From assembly GCA_030390025.1 (NCBI GenBank), contig CM059452.1, positions 7,874,001-7,938,000 of the forward strand: 64,000 nucleotides of DNA, read 5' to 3'. Of the stretch, positions 1-13,008 are shown one piece after another (positions within the stretch are counted from its first letter, which is position 1; each line of letters opens with the position of its first letter). A program made the translations under genes and the position numbers. The notes beneath the pieces are model-generated. The model had not been told where the DNA came from and made no database searches. It worked only from the letters and a program-made list of their open reading frames with translations. The stretch is from Squalus acanthias (taxonomy: Eukaryota).

Positions 1-346
1 TCTGTGCCTTTCAACCGCTCTGGGAAATCTGGAGACTTGTCTCCCTGCACCGAGATGTATCTCCTCATTCATTATCTCGGATCATCCCCGGGGCTACTGG
101 TTGTACCAGAAGAGGAAGGGAAATCTATCGGCGTGGAGTAACTAGTGTTCAGTATTAAGATCTGTCCTTCCTGAACTGTTAAATCAGGTGGATCCTGTGT
201 TAATGAGGCTTCGCCAGTGCAACAAAATACATAATCTGTCAAAAGTCTGGGAGTAAATATAACCCATGAAATACATACGTTCCTTTAAACATAGACTCAC
301 CGGGCAGCACGACCACTAATATCAGTGCGGAACATGGGGAGCACAT
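1..346 (-). pseudogene. TCR alpha/delta V pseudogene (paralog of the 8.5 kb and 59 kb V), cut by the window edge
   Basis: Leader MCSPCSALILVVVLP at 301-346 with gtgagt donor. V remnant SLTQDPPDLTVQEGQILILNTSYS has the first Cys lost, frameshifts, stops and no clear AG acceptor. Confidence 0.8.
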
Positions 347-530
347 GGTGTCTGGTATGGATGGGAGGCTCCGGCATCAGAACAACATTAACTATAGCCC
401 TTCACTGCTCCCCCTCAGCAGCAAACGGAAGCTGTGAGCGGTGCTGATGAAGAGGGAGTAAGAAGAAGGAAATACTCGCCTGGTGCTCCCTTTCTCTCGC
501 AATTCGCCCTTTCTCTGAAGCGTAATAAGA

Positions 531-1373
531 ACATAAGAACATAAGAAATAGGAGCAGGAGTAGGCCATTCGGCCCTTCGAGCCTGATCCGCCATTCAACT
601 AGATCATGACTGATCTTCTGCCTCAACTCCATTCACCGGCCCTATCGCCATATCCCTTGATGCCCTTACTAGTCAGAAATCTATCGACTTCTGTTTTGAA
701 TATACCCAATGACTGAGCCTCCACAGCCCTCTGGGGTAGAGAATTCCAAAGATTCACCACCCTCAGTGTGAAGAAATGTCTTCTCATCTCAGTCCTGAAT
801 GGCCTACCATTTATCCTGAGGCTGTGGCCCCTGGTTCTAGACTCCCCAGCCAAGGGACACATTCTCCCAGCATGCATCCTATCAAGCCCTGTAATAATTT
901 TGTATGCTTCAATGAGATCCCCTCTCATTCTTCTGAATTCAACAGAATACAGGCCTAGTTTACTCAATCTCTTCTCATACGACAGTCCTGCCATCCCAGG
1001 AATCAATCTCGTGAACCTTCGTTGCACTCCCTCTATGGCAAGTATATCCTTCCTTAGGTAAGGGGACCAAAATTGTACATAGTACTCCAGGTGTGGTCTC
1101 ACCAAGGCCCTATATAATTGGAGTAAGACTTCTTTACTCCTGTACTCAATCCTCTTGTAATGAAGGCCAGCATACCATTTGCCTTCCTAATAGCTTACTG
1201 CACCTGCACATTCACTTTCAGTGACTCATGTACAAGGACACCCAGGTCCCTTTGAGCATCTGCATTCCCCAATCGTTCACCATTTAGGAAATACTCTGCC
1301 TTTCTGTTTTTTCTACCAAAGTGGATAACTTCACATTTATCCACATTATATTCCATCTGCCATGTTCTCGCCC
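531..1373 (-). mobile_element. CR1 LINE 3' fragment
   Basis: ORFs 623-1105 and 1195-1437 carry CR1 RT C-terminal motifs (RPHLEYYVQFWSP, RVVNLWNSLP); short tandem ttcttatg tail. Confidence 0.9.
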
Positions 1374-2370
1374 TTGATTTAAAATTTGAAACTTGTTTTA
1401 TTGGTGTTACTAACATCACCTTTTCTATCAAGCACAATTTATTTGTTTTTTAAGCTCTAATAACCAGGATACGAAATTCACCTTTCTTATTTTTATCAGG
1501 TGTTTTCTTGAGAAGTGTCGGTACCGGAGTACCACGTGCAATGTTTGGGTCACCCACCAGGGGGCGGCAGGACCCCAGCCTACCCCTTCAGTGAAGTCCC
1601 CGCCCTCCATTAGGGCAGCGCCTTTGTTTGCTGCATCAAATCATTGAAGTTAGTCAACTGAATATGGCCAACCAGTTGGCTGCTGGGACTTCCTGCAATG
1701 GAAAAAAAGTATTGTGAAATTCAAACTCCTGGTGTGAAGATCTGGAACACAGAGGACACGTCAAGTCACCAATATGGCACAAAATTTGTTGAAAAAGCAA
1801 GATGATTAGACTGAGAATTTTATATAACTTTATTGAACCACCACTGACGCTGAGGGAAGGGGAGCGGATACAATGATCCGTGTGAGGCGATGTCAGTCAC
1901 GTGTTGAATTGGCTCACAAACCTTTTTTTAATTCATTCTCCGGATGTGGGCGTCTCTGGCAAGGCTGGCATTTATTTGCGTCGCAAGTTGCCCTTTTAGA
2001 AGCGACTGTCTTCCTGGACCACTTCACAATGCAGTTAAGAGTCAGTCACATTGGTATGGGAATGGAGTCACCAACTTGGACAACTGGGGAGCGGCAACAA
2101 TCGCCAGCGATACCTGCAGCCCGAGAAAAAATTAACATGCCACTTCTGTTTATCCAATCATATTGGGCCTCTCTCTCACATGTCCAATCATCTCAAGGAC
2201 TGTTAGCAAACGGTCCCGATTGGTTTAACCTTGAGCACGTGATTTGTCATTGAAGAATATTGCCGCGAGCTGCTCAGTGCAAAGACTGGATCAGCTTCCC
2301 AGCAAAGGAGAGAGTATTGGAAATCAGCTCGACCCGGAGAGGCCCACACTGGTGGGGATTGTCGGAGATC

Positions 2371-2876
2371 ATGCATTTCAAATTCAACCTTTTGAGTACC
2401 CTCACCTGCTTAACATTCGGTAAGTTTTTAAAGGATGATATAGTACAAACATTTGTCAAGCACAGGTTCTTATTAAACCCACAATTAAACTCGAATCAAT
2501 ACTTTCAATCTTTCCACCAGATCTGAGTCAGGGAGATTCTGTGTCTCATGATTGGTCGGCTGTAGTCCTGAAAATGGGACAGACTTTCAGAACGCAATGC
2601 AGCTATTCGACAAAAGCAGGCTGGTACGACCTGTACTGGTACCGAAAGTATCCCGATACACCCCCGGAGATGATCGTGTGGAGAAGTTCCAGCAACAGTC
2701 GGGGAAAAGCAAAAAATATTGGGAATCGCTTCACTTCTGAATTAAACACATCCTCAAGATTGTCTATTTTAACCGTCACTGATCTCCAGCTTAGTGACAC
2801 GGCGCTGTACATCTGTGGATTCGCCCCATCGCTTCGACACAGTGATATAACCTAGTTCTCCTCTCGTACAAAAACT
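2371..2876 (+). CDS. TCR delta/alpha V segment, apparently intact (leader 2371-2419, V exon 2521-2837, RSS 2838-2876)
   Basis: MHFKFNLLSTLTCLTF/gtaagt, then ag/DLSQGDSVSHDWSAVVLKMGQTFRTQC..LYWYRK..LSDTALYICGFAPSLR. RSS cacagtg-23-acaaaaact. Confidence 0.9.
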
Positions 2877-2959
2877 GCCTGCGGTCTGTTTTGGTGGAGG
2901 ATGAGTTTCAGTGCGGTCAGATAGAGCTGCAGCACCGAGTGCAATTCCTGTGGGCTGAA

Positions 2960-3590
2960 TCATTGAATCATACAGCACAGAAGGAGGTCATTCGGCAATG
3001 GTGCCTGTGCCGGCTATCCAATGAGTGCAATTCCCCGTTTTTCTTACCCAAAGCCCTGCAATTTGTTCCACTTCAAGTATATACCCAATTCCCTTTTGCA
3101 TGCTACTATTGAATCTGCTCCGACCACGCTTTCAGGCAGTGCATTACAGATCGTAACAACTCACTGCGTAACCAAATTTCTCCTCCTCTCCCCTTTATTA
3201 GCCAATTATCTTAAATCTGTTTCCTCCAGTTACCGACCCTCGTGTCAGTGGAAAAAGTATCTCCCTGTCTACTCTATCAAAACTGCTCATAATTTTGTAC
3301 ACCTACTATATCTCCTCTCAACTTTACCTGCTCGAATGAGAACAAACCCTGTTTCTCCAGTTTCTCCACGTAACTGAAGTCTTTCATCCCTGGCACCATT
3401 CTCGTAAATCTCCTCTGCACCCTCTCTAATGCCTTGACATCCTTCCTAAAGTGTGGTGCACATAATTGGACACAATACTCCAGCTGAGGCCTAAGCAATG
3501 TTTTATAAAGGTTTAGTATAACTTTGTTGCTTTTGTACTCGATGCCTCTATTTAAAAAGCCCAGAATACCATATTTGTTTTTATCAGCCT
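2960..3590 (-). mobile_element. CR1 LINE fragment
   Basis: ORF 3277-3681 contains GIEYKS..RPQLEYCVQL..ALERVQRRFTRM. Confidence 0.85.
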
Positions 3591-5167
3591 CTGCTCCTTC
3601 AAAGACCTGTGGATGAAATAGCCAGAGGAGACCGCTAGATGGCGGGCGAACAGCTGAGTGCAAATTCTTCCGATGAGGCATCTCACCAAGTGGAGCTGGA
3701 GATTTTGGAGAAAAGGAAATTAAATGACCCGCGCCGAGGAAGGTGGCTGACAGGTAGGACTTAAGAAGGAGGCACCTGGTTTCCTCTTCAATTTATATCG
3801 AGCTACCTGCAGTTTTTCGCTCAGTCTCCATGGAGGTACAGATACAACGGCGGCAAACCAGTGCTTCCATACCCAGGCCTACTCTCGTGTTAAACGTTGA
3901 CAACATTTTGTTCGATTCTTCCACCAGGCTTGTTGACAAGCCCCACATCTTTCTCACACAAAGGGTAACCGGCAATCTGGAATTTTCATAGCCAAAAGGC
4001 TGTGGATGCTGTGGGACAATTGGAGCTTCCAAGGCTGAGATAGATAGAGTTTTATTGGGTAAGGGTACCGAGGGATATGGAGCAAAGGCGGGTAAATGGG
4101 GTTGAGGTACAGGTCAGCCTTGATCCAATTGAATGTCGGAACAGGCTCAAGGGGCTGAATTACCTCCTTCTGTTCCTATGTAAGGATATCGAGGAATCTG
4201 AAGTAAAGCGAGTAGACTGAGTTGCGGTGGAGAATAACTTTGATCTAATTGAATAGCGGAACTGTCCCGAGGGGCTGAATTGCCTCCTGCTGTTCCAATC
4301 TGCCAGCTGCGGCGGGTCGGGGGGTCACGAGCGGTCCCAGGGCGGGGGTTGGCAGCGAACGGCACTCGCCCAGTGAGCAACGCTCATCCTTCAGCTGGGT
4401 TTCATTTTCAAAATTGAGGCCCGGCGCTCCTCAGGGAAAGAATCTCCGTGAGTGAGACTGCGGGAGCTAAAAGAGAAAAGGAGAATTCGGAACAAACACT
4501 TGGAAAGGCGGTTCGATTTTATATATACATCATGACGTTTACAGATTCGTTGCTCCAAGCGGCCAATTTAACGCTTATTCCCTCCCACACCGCCGCCCCC
4601 CCCACCCCGCGCCCCACAGATGTGGCCAGATATGAATCTCCCGCTCCCAGGCCGTGCCCGCCTCCACCGTGGAAAGGCTCGAGATAATATCTGTTTGGGC
4701 TTTGATGGAAATGTTTTGTAATGAGTTGTCTTCACGACATTAAATATCCGCGGGTTAATGTAACGGGTAGAAATAAAATCACAAACACAGGCAGAATATA
4801 GGGACTAGATCCTGTCCAATAAACGGAGCGACCAGCAGGAAGTTCCTGGCGCTGTCAACAACCTCTTTCTCGGAGCTGATCTGAACATCGACCCATGACT
4901 TTAAGGGAAAACAGCTGATCAGAAGCAGAAAGGACAGTTTAACCGGTCGGTTCATTCTGTGATCGATCTTTCGGGCCGATTGGATTCTGCAGTTTGTTTT
5001 CTCGGAAGCTCCTGGAAATAGTTGGGTGACAGTTTGATCCGAGGTTAATTTGGTTTCCTCTCGGTGTGTGTTTGAGCGCCTGACAGCGCGCTGCACATTG
5101 TGGCTGCATCTGCCCGCGATTCCACACAACCCCAACAGACAGGAGCTCCGCCCAACTGTCCAATGGC

Positions 5168-5662
5168 AGTTTTTGTACAGGGCTGAGACTGCTTTCCATC
5201 ACTGTGAGTCCCAGGGAGCGCAGTAATACACGGCAGCGTCAGTCAGCTGCAGCCCGGAGATGGTTAAACTGGTGAGTTTAGTCGCGGTCTGGAGCTCAGC
5301 AGAGAAACGGATTCCGAAACCTTCTCCTCTCAGTTGATGTGCGTCCCAAGACCGTCTCCTGATTACAAACTGGGGCTCCTTCTCTGGTTGGTGCCGGTAC
5401 CAATATAAATAATAGCTGCTGGCTGTGGTACTGTCGGTACATCTTATAGTCAGCGCTTCACCTTCTCTCCTGCTGACTGAAGTCTGGGATGAGTAACAGA
5501 ATCTCCATCACTCTGATCTGTGACATGTGTTCAGGAACAAGATAAGACCGAGCATTAAAAGCTGAAATAATATTAACACTTTGGTTTGAAAACGAATTGA
5601 TTCGATTCATCCTTACCGACAATAACCACCATAAACACAACCCAGGCGCTGAATAGCCGCAT
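5168..5662 (-). pseudogene. TRDV: TCR delta-type V with a single 1-nt frameshift (leader 5617-5662, V exon 5207-5517, RSS 5168-5206)
   Basis: MRLFSAWVVFMVVIV/gtaagg; DQSDGDSVT[frameshift]SQTSVSRREGEALTIRC..YLYWYRHQPEKEPQF..LTDAAVYYCAPWD. RSS cacagtg-23-acaaaaact. Confidence 0.85.
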
Positions 5663-6729
5663 GGCCGCTGATGAGTCCGAACCTGTCGGTCCGGTTAAAA
5701 GTCCAAACCCGAACCGGAATAGATCTCGTCAGAGGCTTCTATTGGTTCACCGTCACTTCCTGGTCTCATTGTTTCCCTCCAATTCCGCAATCTCCAATCC
5801 ACCCGCCGATATAATCAGTTGAGATTGAAATGAGGACCATGGGTCACCTGAAGGCCTTTGAGCCACAGCTTAAACTATCTGAGGTTGGAGTAAGTCTCTC
5901 AGTGAGCTAAATCTGTGGTGTGAAGATGCTTCAGCTTTGCTGACGTTTAGGGATTTATTTACTGGGCCCGAATCGGTCACACTGAGTGTTTGTTTAATTT
6001 CTGTCGATGTGTGAGGGCTCACCGAGAGCATTAGCTTCATTCTCCTGTTTCGTTCCTGTTCACACTGAACTATCCACTCTGGGTGTCAGATTTCCTCTGC
6101 TCGCTATTTCTACCCAAACAGTTAACGCATTTACGATTTCGCTAAAGCAACTATCCGAGGAGATTTCCACTGAGAGACCAGAGAAAATCTTCCGCTTGTG
6201 TGCCTCCAGGAGAAGGTTATTCAAACCCGACACCCCCCCCCCCCCCGACCCCGGCAACCACCTCGGTCTGATTAGTGACAGTGAGTGAAATAAACTGAAC
6301 ATCTTCATCTACATTCAAACCGATATTTTTCACCGAGATAATAACTTACCGCCATCAAGTGACCCAGACAGACCGGTGTCCATCTGTTTGCCAGTCATCA
6401 GCCTTGTTACCTCTACAAAGGACTCTCACTCATCTGCCTGGATTTTGTACATACACATTACATATTTATTATTAACAAAGATAAATATGTATTAAAATAA
6501 ACAGTTTAAGCTCCAATCTACAAGTACTAGCTGTCAGCCGTGGCTCAGTTGTGTTTATCTAGTTTCCCCTAAACACTGTTCAGTGTTGCGTCAAGGATGT
6601 TCCAGATGGTTTTCTTCACTTCGTATCAACCTATTGATATTCTTGTGTTCAGGCAACTGACCGATTAAATATAATGTATGATACAGAGGTGAAATACAGT
6701 ATTGTAAACTTGTAAACTTGTAAACTTAC

Positions 6730-6781
6730 CAGTTAAGAGAGCTGCAGCTGTGACGAATGAATAAAAAGTGGCAACCAACAT
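6730..6781 (-). pseudogene. Orphan V leader exon (paralog of the 60069-60120 leader), no V exon found downstream
   Basis: MLVATFYSFVTAAALLT/gtaagt. Upstream promoter region 6790-7130 is an inverted paralog of about 59610-60060. Confidence 0.75.
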
Positions 6782-7489
6782 GTTTGCAGCGAGTTGATGG
6801 CGGATTTGAACAAAACTCACAGCTCACAGCTCCTTTGTTATCCCATTGATCGAATCAGCTCACAGCTCCTTTGTTCTCCAGTTCACCAATCAGCTCACAG
6901 CTCCTTTGTTCTCCAATTCATGACGTCAGAGCGGGCAGCGGGGAACGGAGTGAAATTGTTCTCCTCGCAACAGAGAACTGGACCGGAATTGAACCCAATG
7001 TTGGCCCATTAACAGGGTCAATCTGGGAGGTGGACGCAGTGAATTGTAATAGTTAATGTTGTTCTGTTATCAGTACCGAGGCTCCCGTTAAAAGAGCTGT
7101 TCAGTGACCATTAGAACCACCCACAGTTATAAAGGCGGATGTAGAGACTCCGGTGGGATTTAAACACAGCGATGCGGTAAATGAGACAGACGCCGCCTTT
7201 GACATGAATGAAATGGGGAGTGACTGACAGGTTTGAATAGGAGGGTACGAACAGCCAATGGACTCAGTGATACTGGGAAGAGCTGCTTATTAAAAAATAA
7301 TGCAGCATATTTTCATTAATAATATTTTAATACTTCATAATAATATTGAAAATAAAGCACAGCTTCCGTTTGAAATTAATACTTCTATTTCTGGAACTAT
7401 TTCTTTACTCCGTTTCTTCAATAAAGTCATTGAATAATGTTCTCAGTTTGTAACTCGCCCCATACGCTGAAACCAACAGTGAACACTTA

Positions 7490-7780
7490 CGGGAACGGTA
7501 GCATAGTGGTTCTGTTACTGGACTAATAATCCTGGATTAATAATCTGCAGACGTGAATTCAAATCCCGACAGCAGGGGAATTTAAATTCAGTTAATTAAA
7601 TAAATGTAGTATCAGTAATGGTAATCATAAAACTGCTGGATTATCGTTAAAAACCCATCTGGTTCACTAATGTCCTTTAGGAAGGGAAACCTGCTGTCTG
7701 ACCTGCAAGTGACTCCAAGACCACATCCAATGAACGAATAAAAACACATTTAGTTGCCACTGCCCTCTGATGGCAACTAA
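7490..7780 (+). mobile_element. tRNA-derived SINE
   Basis: A-box-like ggtagcatagtggtt, B-box-like ttcaaatccc, and a body typical of shark SINEs (aaaacccatctggttcactaatgtcctttagg). Confidence 0.6.
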
Positions 7781-8504
7781 ATGTCCGATTCCAAGTCCTG
7801 CCTTCGTACAGTTCACAAGATTATAGGATAATTCCGCATGGGAGAAGGAATTCTACCACTACTTAGTTTATCCATCCAGCAAGATCCTAACACCACAGCC
7901 CCTTCTCCTTCCCCGTTGTAATATCCATTATTCCCAGGTGTATCGCTCGTTGTTCCATCTAGAAGCTGATTCCACGCATTTATCGCTCTGTGTCTGAAGA
8001 ATTTCCTGATATCAGGCCTAAAATGACCTTTCATATTTTGAGCCCGTGACCCCAAGTTCTAATTCCGAAGGTTAAGTTAAATTATATTCCGAGGTAACTG
8101 CCTCCTATCAATCTGATTTTCCTCTTGTCTTCACTGTAGTCGGTAACTCGGGGTTATTAAAGCGCCAGTTTCCAACTATCTCAACATTCAGCTCCCAAAC
8201 TTACGAGAACAAACCCGTCACTGAGCCGTGAAACACACCGCGTTTGACACTCGCAGAACCTGCTGGCGGAATCCACACGGGCCGGGTTTTGTCTGCGTGG
8301 GCTGGATACTTTCAGACAAAGGATCATTGAGATAGAAAGTGAGGATAGGGAGACTCTATTTACCTCACTGTCTGTCTATCTACTTAGATATCCATCCAGC
8401 TATATATATTGATCTATCTTTTTATTTTTATAGTTTAGTTCTGTTGTATTGTCATAATCCAAGTCCCAGATCTGATTCAGTGAGAGGAGGTGAAAGTCCT
8501 TTGC

Positions 8505-8982
8505 TGGTTTTGAACGGACTGACTGCGCCCCTGTAACAGTGTGAGGTTCAGCGCACAGAAATACACGGTAGAGACAGAGACAAGCGCCCCGGAGACATTT
8601 AAAGGAATCGTATTCTTGTCTTGGTCCAAGTCAGCAGAGAATCGGTCTGGGAAATCTGGAGACTTGTCTCCCGACACCGAGCGATATCGCTTCACTAAAT
8701 ATCTAGGAGCTTCCCCGGGATACTGGATGTTCCAGAAGAGAGTTGAACCAGTGTACTCTGCCGAGTAACTACAGTTCAGTATTATGGTCTGTCCTTCCTG
8801 AGCCATTAATTCAGGCGGATCCTGGGACACTGAGTCTTTGCCACGCGTTCCTGCAAAAAAAATACAGAATGTGTGATAAGTCTGGGAGTAAATAAAAGCC
8901 ATGGAACACACACTGGCCCTTTAAACATGTACTCACCGGACAGCACGACAATTATTATCAGTAAAGAACATGGGGAGCACAT
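8505..8982 (-). CDS. TCR alpha/delta V segment, open frame but degenerate (leader 8937-8982, V exon 8544-8850)
   Basis: MCSPCSLLIIIVVLS/gtgagt; GTRGKDSVSQDPPELMAQEGQTIILNC..LFWNIQYPG..VSVSTVYFCALN (WY changed to WN, DxAxYxC changed to VxTxYxC). RSS cacactg-23-tcaaaacca. Confidence 0.85.
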
Positions 8983-9490
8983 GTTGTCTGGTTTAGAATT
9001 CGACAGAAAATAGCAGCACGCGTTAAATATGTTGACCTTCTAGTCTGATATTAACGAGTAAACTCAGATCAGGGGCAAGATTCACTGATTAGGAAACTGA
9101 GGGGCGTTTCCCAGGGACAGGATTGGCTGGTCTCTCAGAACTGATACCAGCTGTGCACCAATCAGTGTTAGTTGTGGACCAATTACTGATGTCTCCCTAC
9201 AAATTCTTTCCATGCCGAGCTATGTGTGTGAGTCTCCCTCTCGCTGTCCCTCTTTCTCTCCCTCTCTGTCGCTCTCTCTCTCTGTGTCTCTATCACTTTG
9301 TCCCTCTCTCTCTCTCTGTCCCTCTCTCTCTCTCTCTCGCTCTCGATCTCCCTTTCTGTGTCTCTATCATTTTATCTCTCTATCTGTCTTTCTGTCTCTG
9401 TGTGTGTGTGTCTCTCTCTCTCCATCTATCTATCTCTCTGTTATCTGTTTTCATTCTGTTTCCATGGGTAACCAGGAATGTTTTCTGCAG

Positions 9491-9670
9491 GACTGAGTTC
9501 TGGAGACTCAGTTGAGCAGTGGCCAATCGAAGCCCAATCTGTGGAAGAAACCTCAATGAGCATTAATTGTAGTCATTCAACATCCCTAGCAAGCTATTAC
9601 CTGGAGCTTTACCCTCAGAGCCAGAACAAGGCTCCCACTGTCGTAATTCAGACACATTCCTTTGGAAAGG
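9491..9670 (+). pseudogene. 5' half of a TCR V exon interrupted by LINEs
   Basis: ttttctgcag/GLSSGDSVEQWPIEAQSVEETSMSINCSHSTSLASYYLELYPQSQNKAPTVVI, then CR1 sequence begins. Confidence 0.8.
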
Positions 9671-10385
9671 GTGAGGGACCTGGGAGTTAATGTGCAAAGG
9701 TCCCTGAAGGTGGCGGGACATATTGAGAGAGTGGTTAGCAAAGCATATGGGATCTTGGGTTTCATAAATAGAGGTATTGAGTATAAAAGTAGAGAAGTTA
9801 TGCTGAATATTTATAAAGCGCTGGTTAGGCCACAACTGGTGTATTGCGTCCAGTTCTGGTCACCACACTTTAGGAAGGATGTGAAGGCCCTTGAGAGGGT
9901 GCAGAGGAGATTTACCAGAATGATTCCGGGCATGGGGGATCTTAGCTACAAGGACAGGTTGGTGAAGCTGGATTTGTTTTCATTAGACCAAAGGAGGTGG
10001 AGGGGTGATTTGATTGAGGTGTACAAGATTATGACGGGTTTGGATAGGCTAGACGGGGAAAGGCTGTTCCCACTATTTGATGGTACAAGGATTAGGGGAC
10101 ACAGATTTAAGCTTTTGGGCAAGAGATTCAGGGGGATGTGAGGGAAAACATTTTTACGCAGCGAGTGATGAGGACCTGGAACTCGCTGCCGATGGAAGTG
10201 GCGGAATCGGACACATTCAATGTTTTCAAGGGGAGACTAGGTAGGCACTTGAGGGAAATAAACTTGCAGGGCTACGGGGATAGAGCGGGGGAATGGGACT
10301 GACTGGATTGCTCTGCAGGGCCCCGGCACGGACTCGATGGGCCGAGTGGCCTCCGTCTGTGCCGTTATGACTCTATGACTCTAAG
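9665..10385 (+). mobile_element. CR1 LINE 3' fragment
   Basis: ORF 9662-10141 is a CR1 RT C-terminus; tail of atgactct repeats. Confidence 0.9.
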
Positions 10386-10389
10386 TTTT

Positions 10390-12858
10390 TTTTATTCGTT
10401 TATGAGATGTGGGCGTCGCTGGCAAGTCCAGCATTTATTGACCATCTCTAATTGCCCTTGAGAAGGTGGTGGTGAGCCGCCTTCTTGAACCGCTGCAGGC
10501 CTTGTGGTGAAGGTAATCCCACAGTGCTGTTAGGTAGGGAGTTCCAGGATTTTGACCCAGCGACGATGAAGGATCGGCGATATACTTCTAAGTCAGGATG
10601 GTGTGTGACTTGGAGAGGAACTTGGAGGTGGTGGTGTTCCCATGCGCCTGCTGTCCTTCTCCTTCCAGGTGCAAGAGGTCGCGGGTTTGGGAGGTGCTGC
10701 CTAAGAAGCCTTGGCGAGTTGCTGCATTGCATCTTGTAGATGGTACACACTGCAGCCACGGTACGCCGGTGGTGGAGGGAGTGAATGTTTAAGGTGATGG
10801 ATGGGGTGCCAATCAAGCGGACTGCTTTGTCCTGGATGGTGTCGAGCTTCTTGTGTCTTGTTGGAGCTGCACTCATCCAGACAAGTGGAGAGTATTCCAT
10901 CACACTCCTTACTTGTGCCTTGTAGATGGTAGAAAGGCTTTGGGGAGTCAGGAAGTGAGGCACTCGCCGCAGAATACCCAGCCTCTGACCTGCTCTTGTT
11001 GCTACATTATTTATGTGGCTGGTCCAGTTACGTTTCTGGTCAATGGTGACACCCAGGATGTTGATAGTGGGGGATTCGGCGATGGTACTGCCGTTGAATG
11101 TCAAGGGGCGATGGTTAGACTCTCGCTTGTTGGAGATAGTCATTGCCTGGCATTTGTGTGGCACGCATGTTACCTGCCACTTATCAGCCCAAACCTGAAC
11201 GGGTTCCAAGTCTTGTTGCATGCGGGCATGGACTGCTTCATTATCTGAGGAATTGTGAATGGCACTGAACACTGTGCAGTCATCAGCGAACATCCCCATT
11301 TCTGACCTTATGTTGGAGGGAAGATCATTGATGAAGCAGCTGAAGATGGTTGGGCCCAGGACACTGCCCTGAGGAACTCCTGCAGCGATGTCCTGGGACT
11401 CTGATGATTGACCTCCAATCGCCAGAACCATCTTCCTTTGTGCTAGTTATGACTCCAGCCAGTGAAGCGTTTTCCCCCTGATTCCCAATATCTTCAGTTT
11501 TACTCGGGCTCCTTGATGCCACACTCGGTCAAATGCTGCCTTGATGTCAAGGGCAGTCACTCTCACCGCACCTCTGGAATTTAGCTCCTTTGTCCATGTT
11601 TGGACCAAGTCTTTAATGAGGTCGGGAGCCGAGTGGTCTTGGCGATACCCAAACTGGGCACCAGTGAGCAGGTTATTGGTGAGTAAGTGCCGCTTGATAG
11701 CACTGTCGATGACACCTTCCATCACTTTGCTGATGATTGAGAGTAGACTGATGGGGCGGTAACTGGCCGGATTGGATTTGTCCTGCTTTTTGTGGACAGG
11801 ACATACCTGGGCAGTTTTCCACATTGTCGGATAGATGCCAGTATTGTAGCTGTACTGGAACAGCTTGGCTAGAGGCGTGGCTAGTTCTGGAGCACAAGTC
11901 TTCTGCACGATAACCGGTATGTTGTCAGGGCCCATAGCCTTTGCTGTATCCAGTGCGCTCAGCCGTTTCTTGATATCACGTGGAGTGAATCGAATTGGTT
12001 GAAGACTGGCTTCTGTGATGGTGGGGACCTCAGGAGGAGGCCGATATGGATCATCAACTCGGCACTTCTGGCTGAAGATGTTTGCAAACGCTTCAGCCTT
12101 GTCTTTTGCACTCACGTGCTGGGCTCCTCCATGATTGAGGATGGGGATATTCATGGAGCCTCCTCCCCCCGTTAGTTGTTTAATGGTCCGCCACCATTCA
12201 CGTCTGGATGTGGCAGGACTGCCGAGCTTTGATCTGATCCGTTGATTGTGGGATCGCTTTGCCCTGTCTATAGCATGATGCTTCCGCTTTTTAGCATGCA
12301 TGTAGTCACCTAGAGCTGCTCCTGGCATGCTCTTCTACACTCCTTATTGAACCAGGGTTGGTTCCCTGGCTTGATGGTAATGGTAGAGTGATGGATATGC
12401 CGGGCCATGAGGTTACAGATTGTGCTGGAATATAATTCTGCTGCTTCTGATGGCCCAAGTGCCTCATGGATGCCCAGTTTTGAGCTGCTAGATCTGTTCT
12501 GAATCTATCCCATTTAGCATGGTGGTAGTGCCACACAACACGATGGAGGGGATCCTCAGTGTGAAGACAGGACTTCGTCTCCACAATGACTGTGCGATGG
12601 TCATGCTACCAATACTGTCATGGACAGATGCATCCGCGACTGATAGATTGGTGAGGACGATCTCAAGTAGGTTTTTCCCTCGTGTTGGTTCTCTCACCAC
12701 CTGTCGCAGGCCCAGACTGGCAGCTATGTCCTTCAGGACTCGGCCAGCTCGGTCAATAGTGGTGCTACCGAGCCACTCTTGGTGATGGACATTGAAGTCC
12801 CCCACCCAGAGTACATTCTGTGCCCTTGCTACTCTCAGTGCTTCTTCCAAGTGGTGTT
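10390..12858 (-). mobile_element. CR1/L2-group LINE (second family), 5'-truncated, endonuclease end plus RT
   Basis: ORFs 12488-12850 (WVGDFNVHH endonuclease motif), 11447-12328 (YRPISLL, ALDIKAAFDRV) and 10448-11431 (GVPQGSVLGP, FADD). Confidence 0.9.
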
Positions 12859-12860
12859 AA

Positions 12861-13008
12861 AGATAACGACCGTTTCTCTGTCATTTTGGAAACGTCCTGA
12901 AATATCGCTATTTTCACCCTCTGAGCTGCGGCTCGCTGACAGCGCCGTGTACTACGGTGCACTGAGGTCAACATTGAGAAGGACTTCGGGACACATCGTA
13001 CAATAACC
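12861..13008 (+). pseudogene. 3' half of a TCR V exon with a decayed RSS
   Basis: DNDRFSVILETS*..SELRLADSAVYYGALR (second Cys changed to Gly). RSS aacattg-23-acaataacc. Confidence 0.8.

Noticed and set aside
6340-6400. Minus-strand ATG with a gtaagt donor
   Set aside because: The peptide is not hydrophobic and no downstream V exon is recognisable.
9123-9515. Hydrophobic Leu/Ser-rich ORFs
   Set aside because: Translation of a (CT)n microsatellite.
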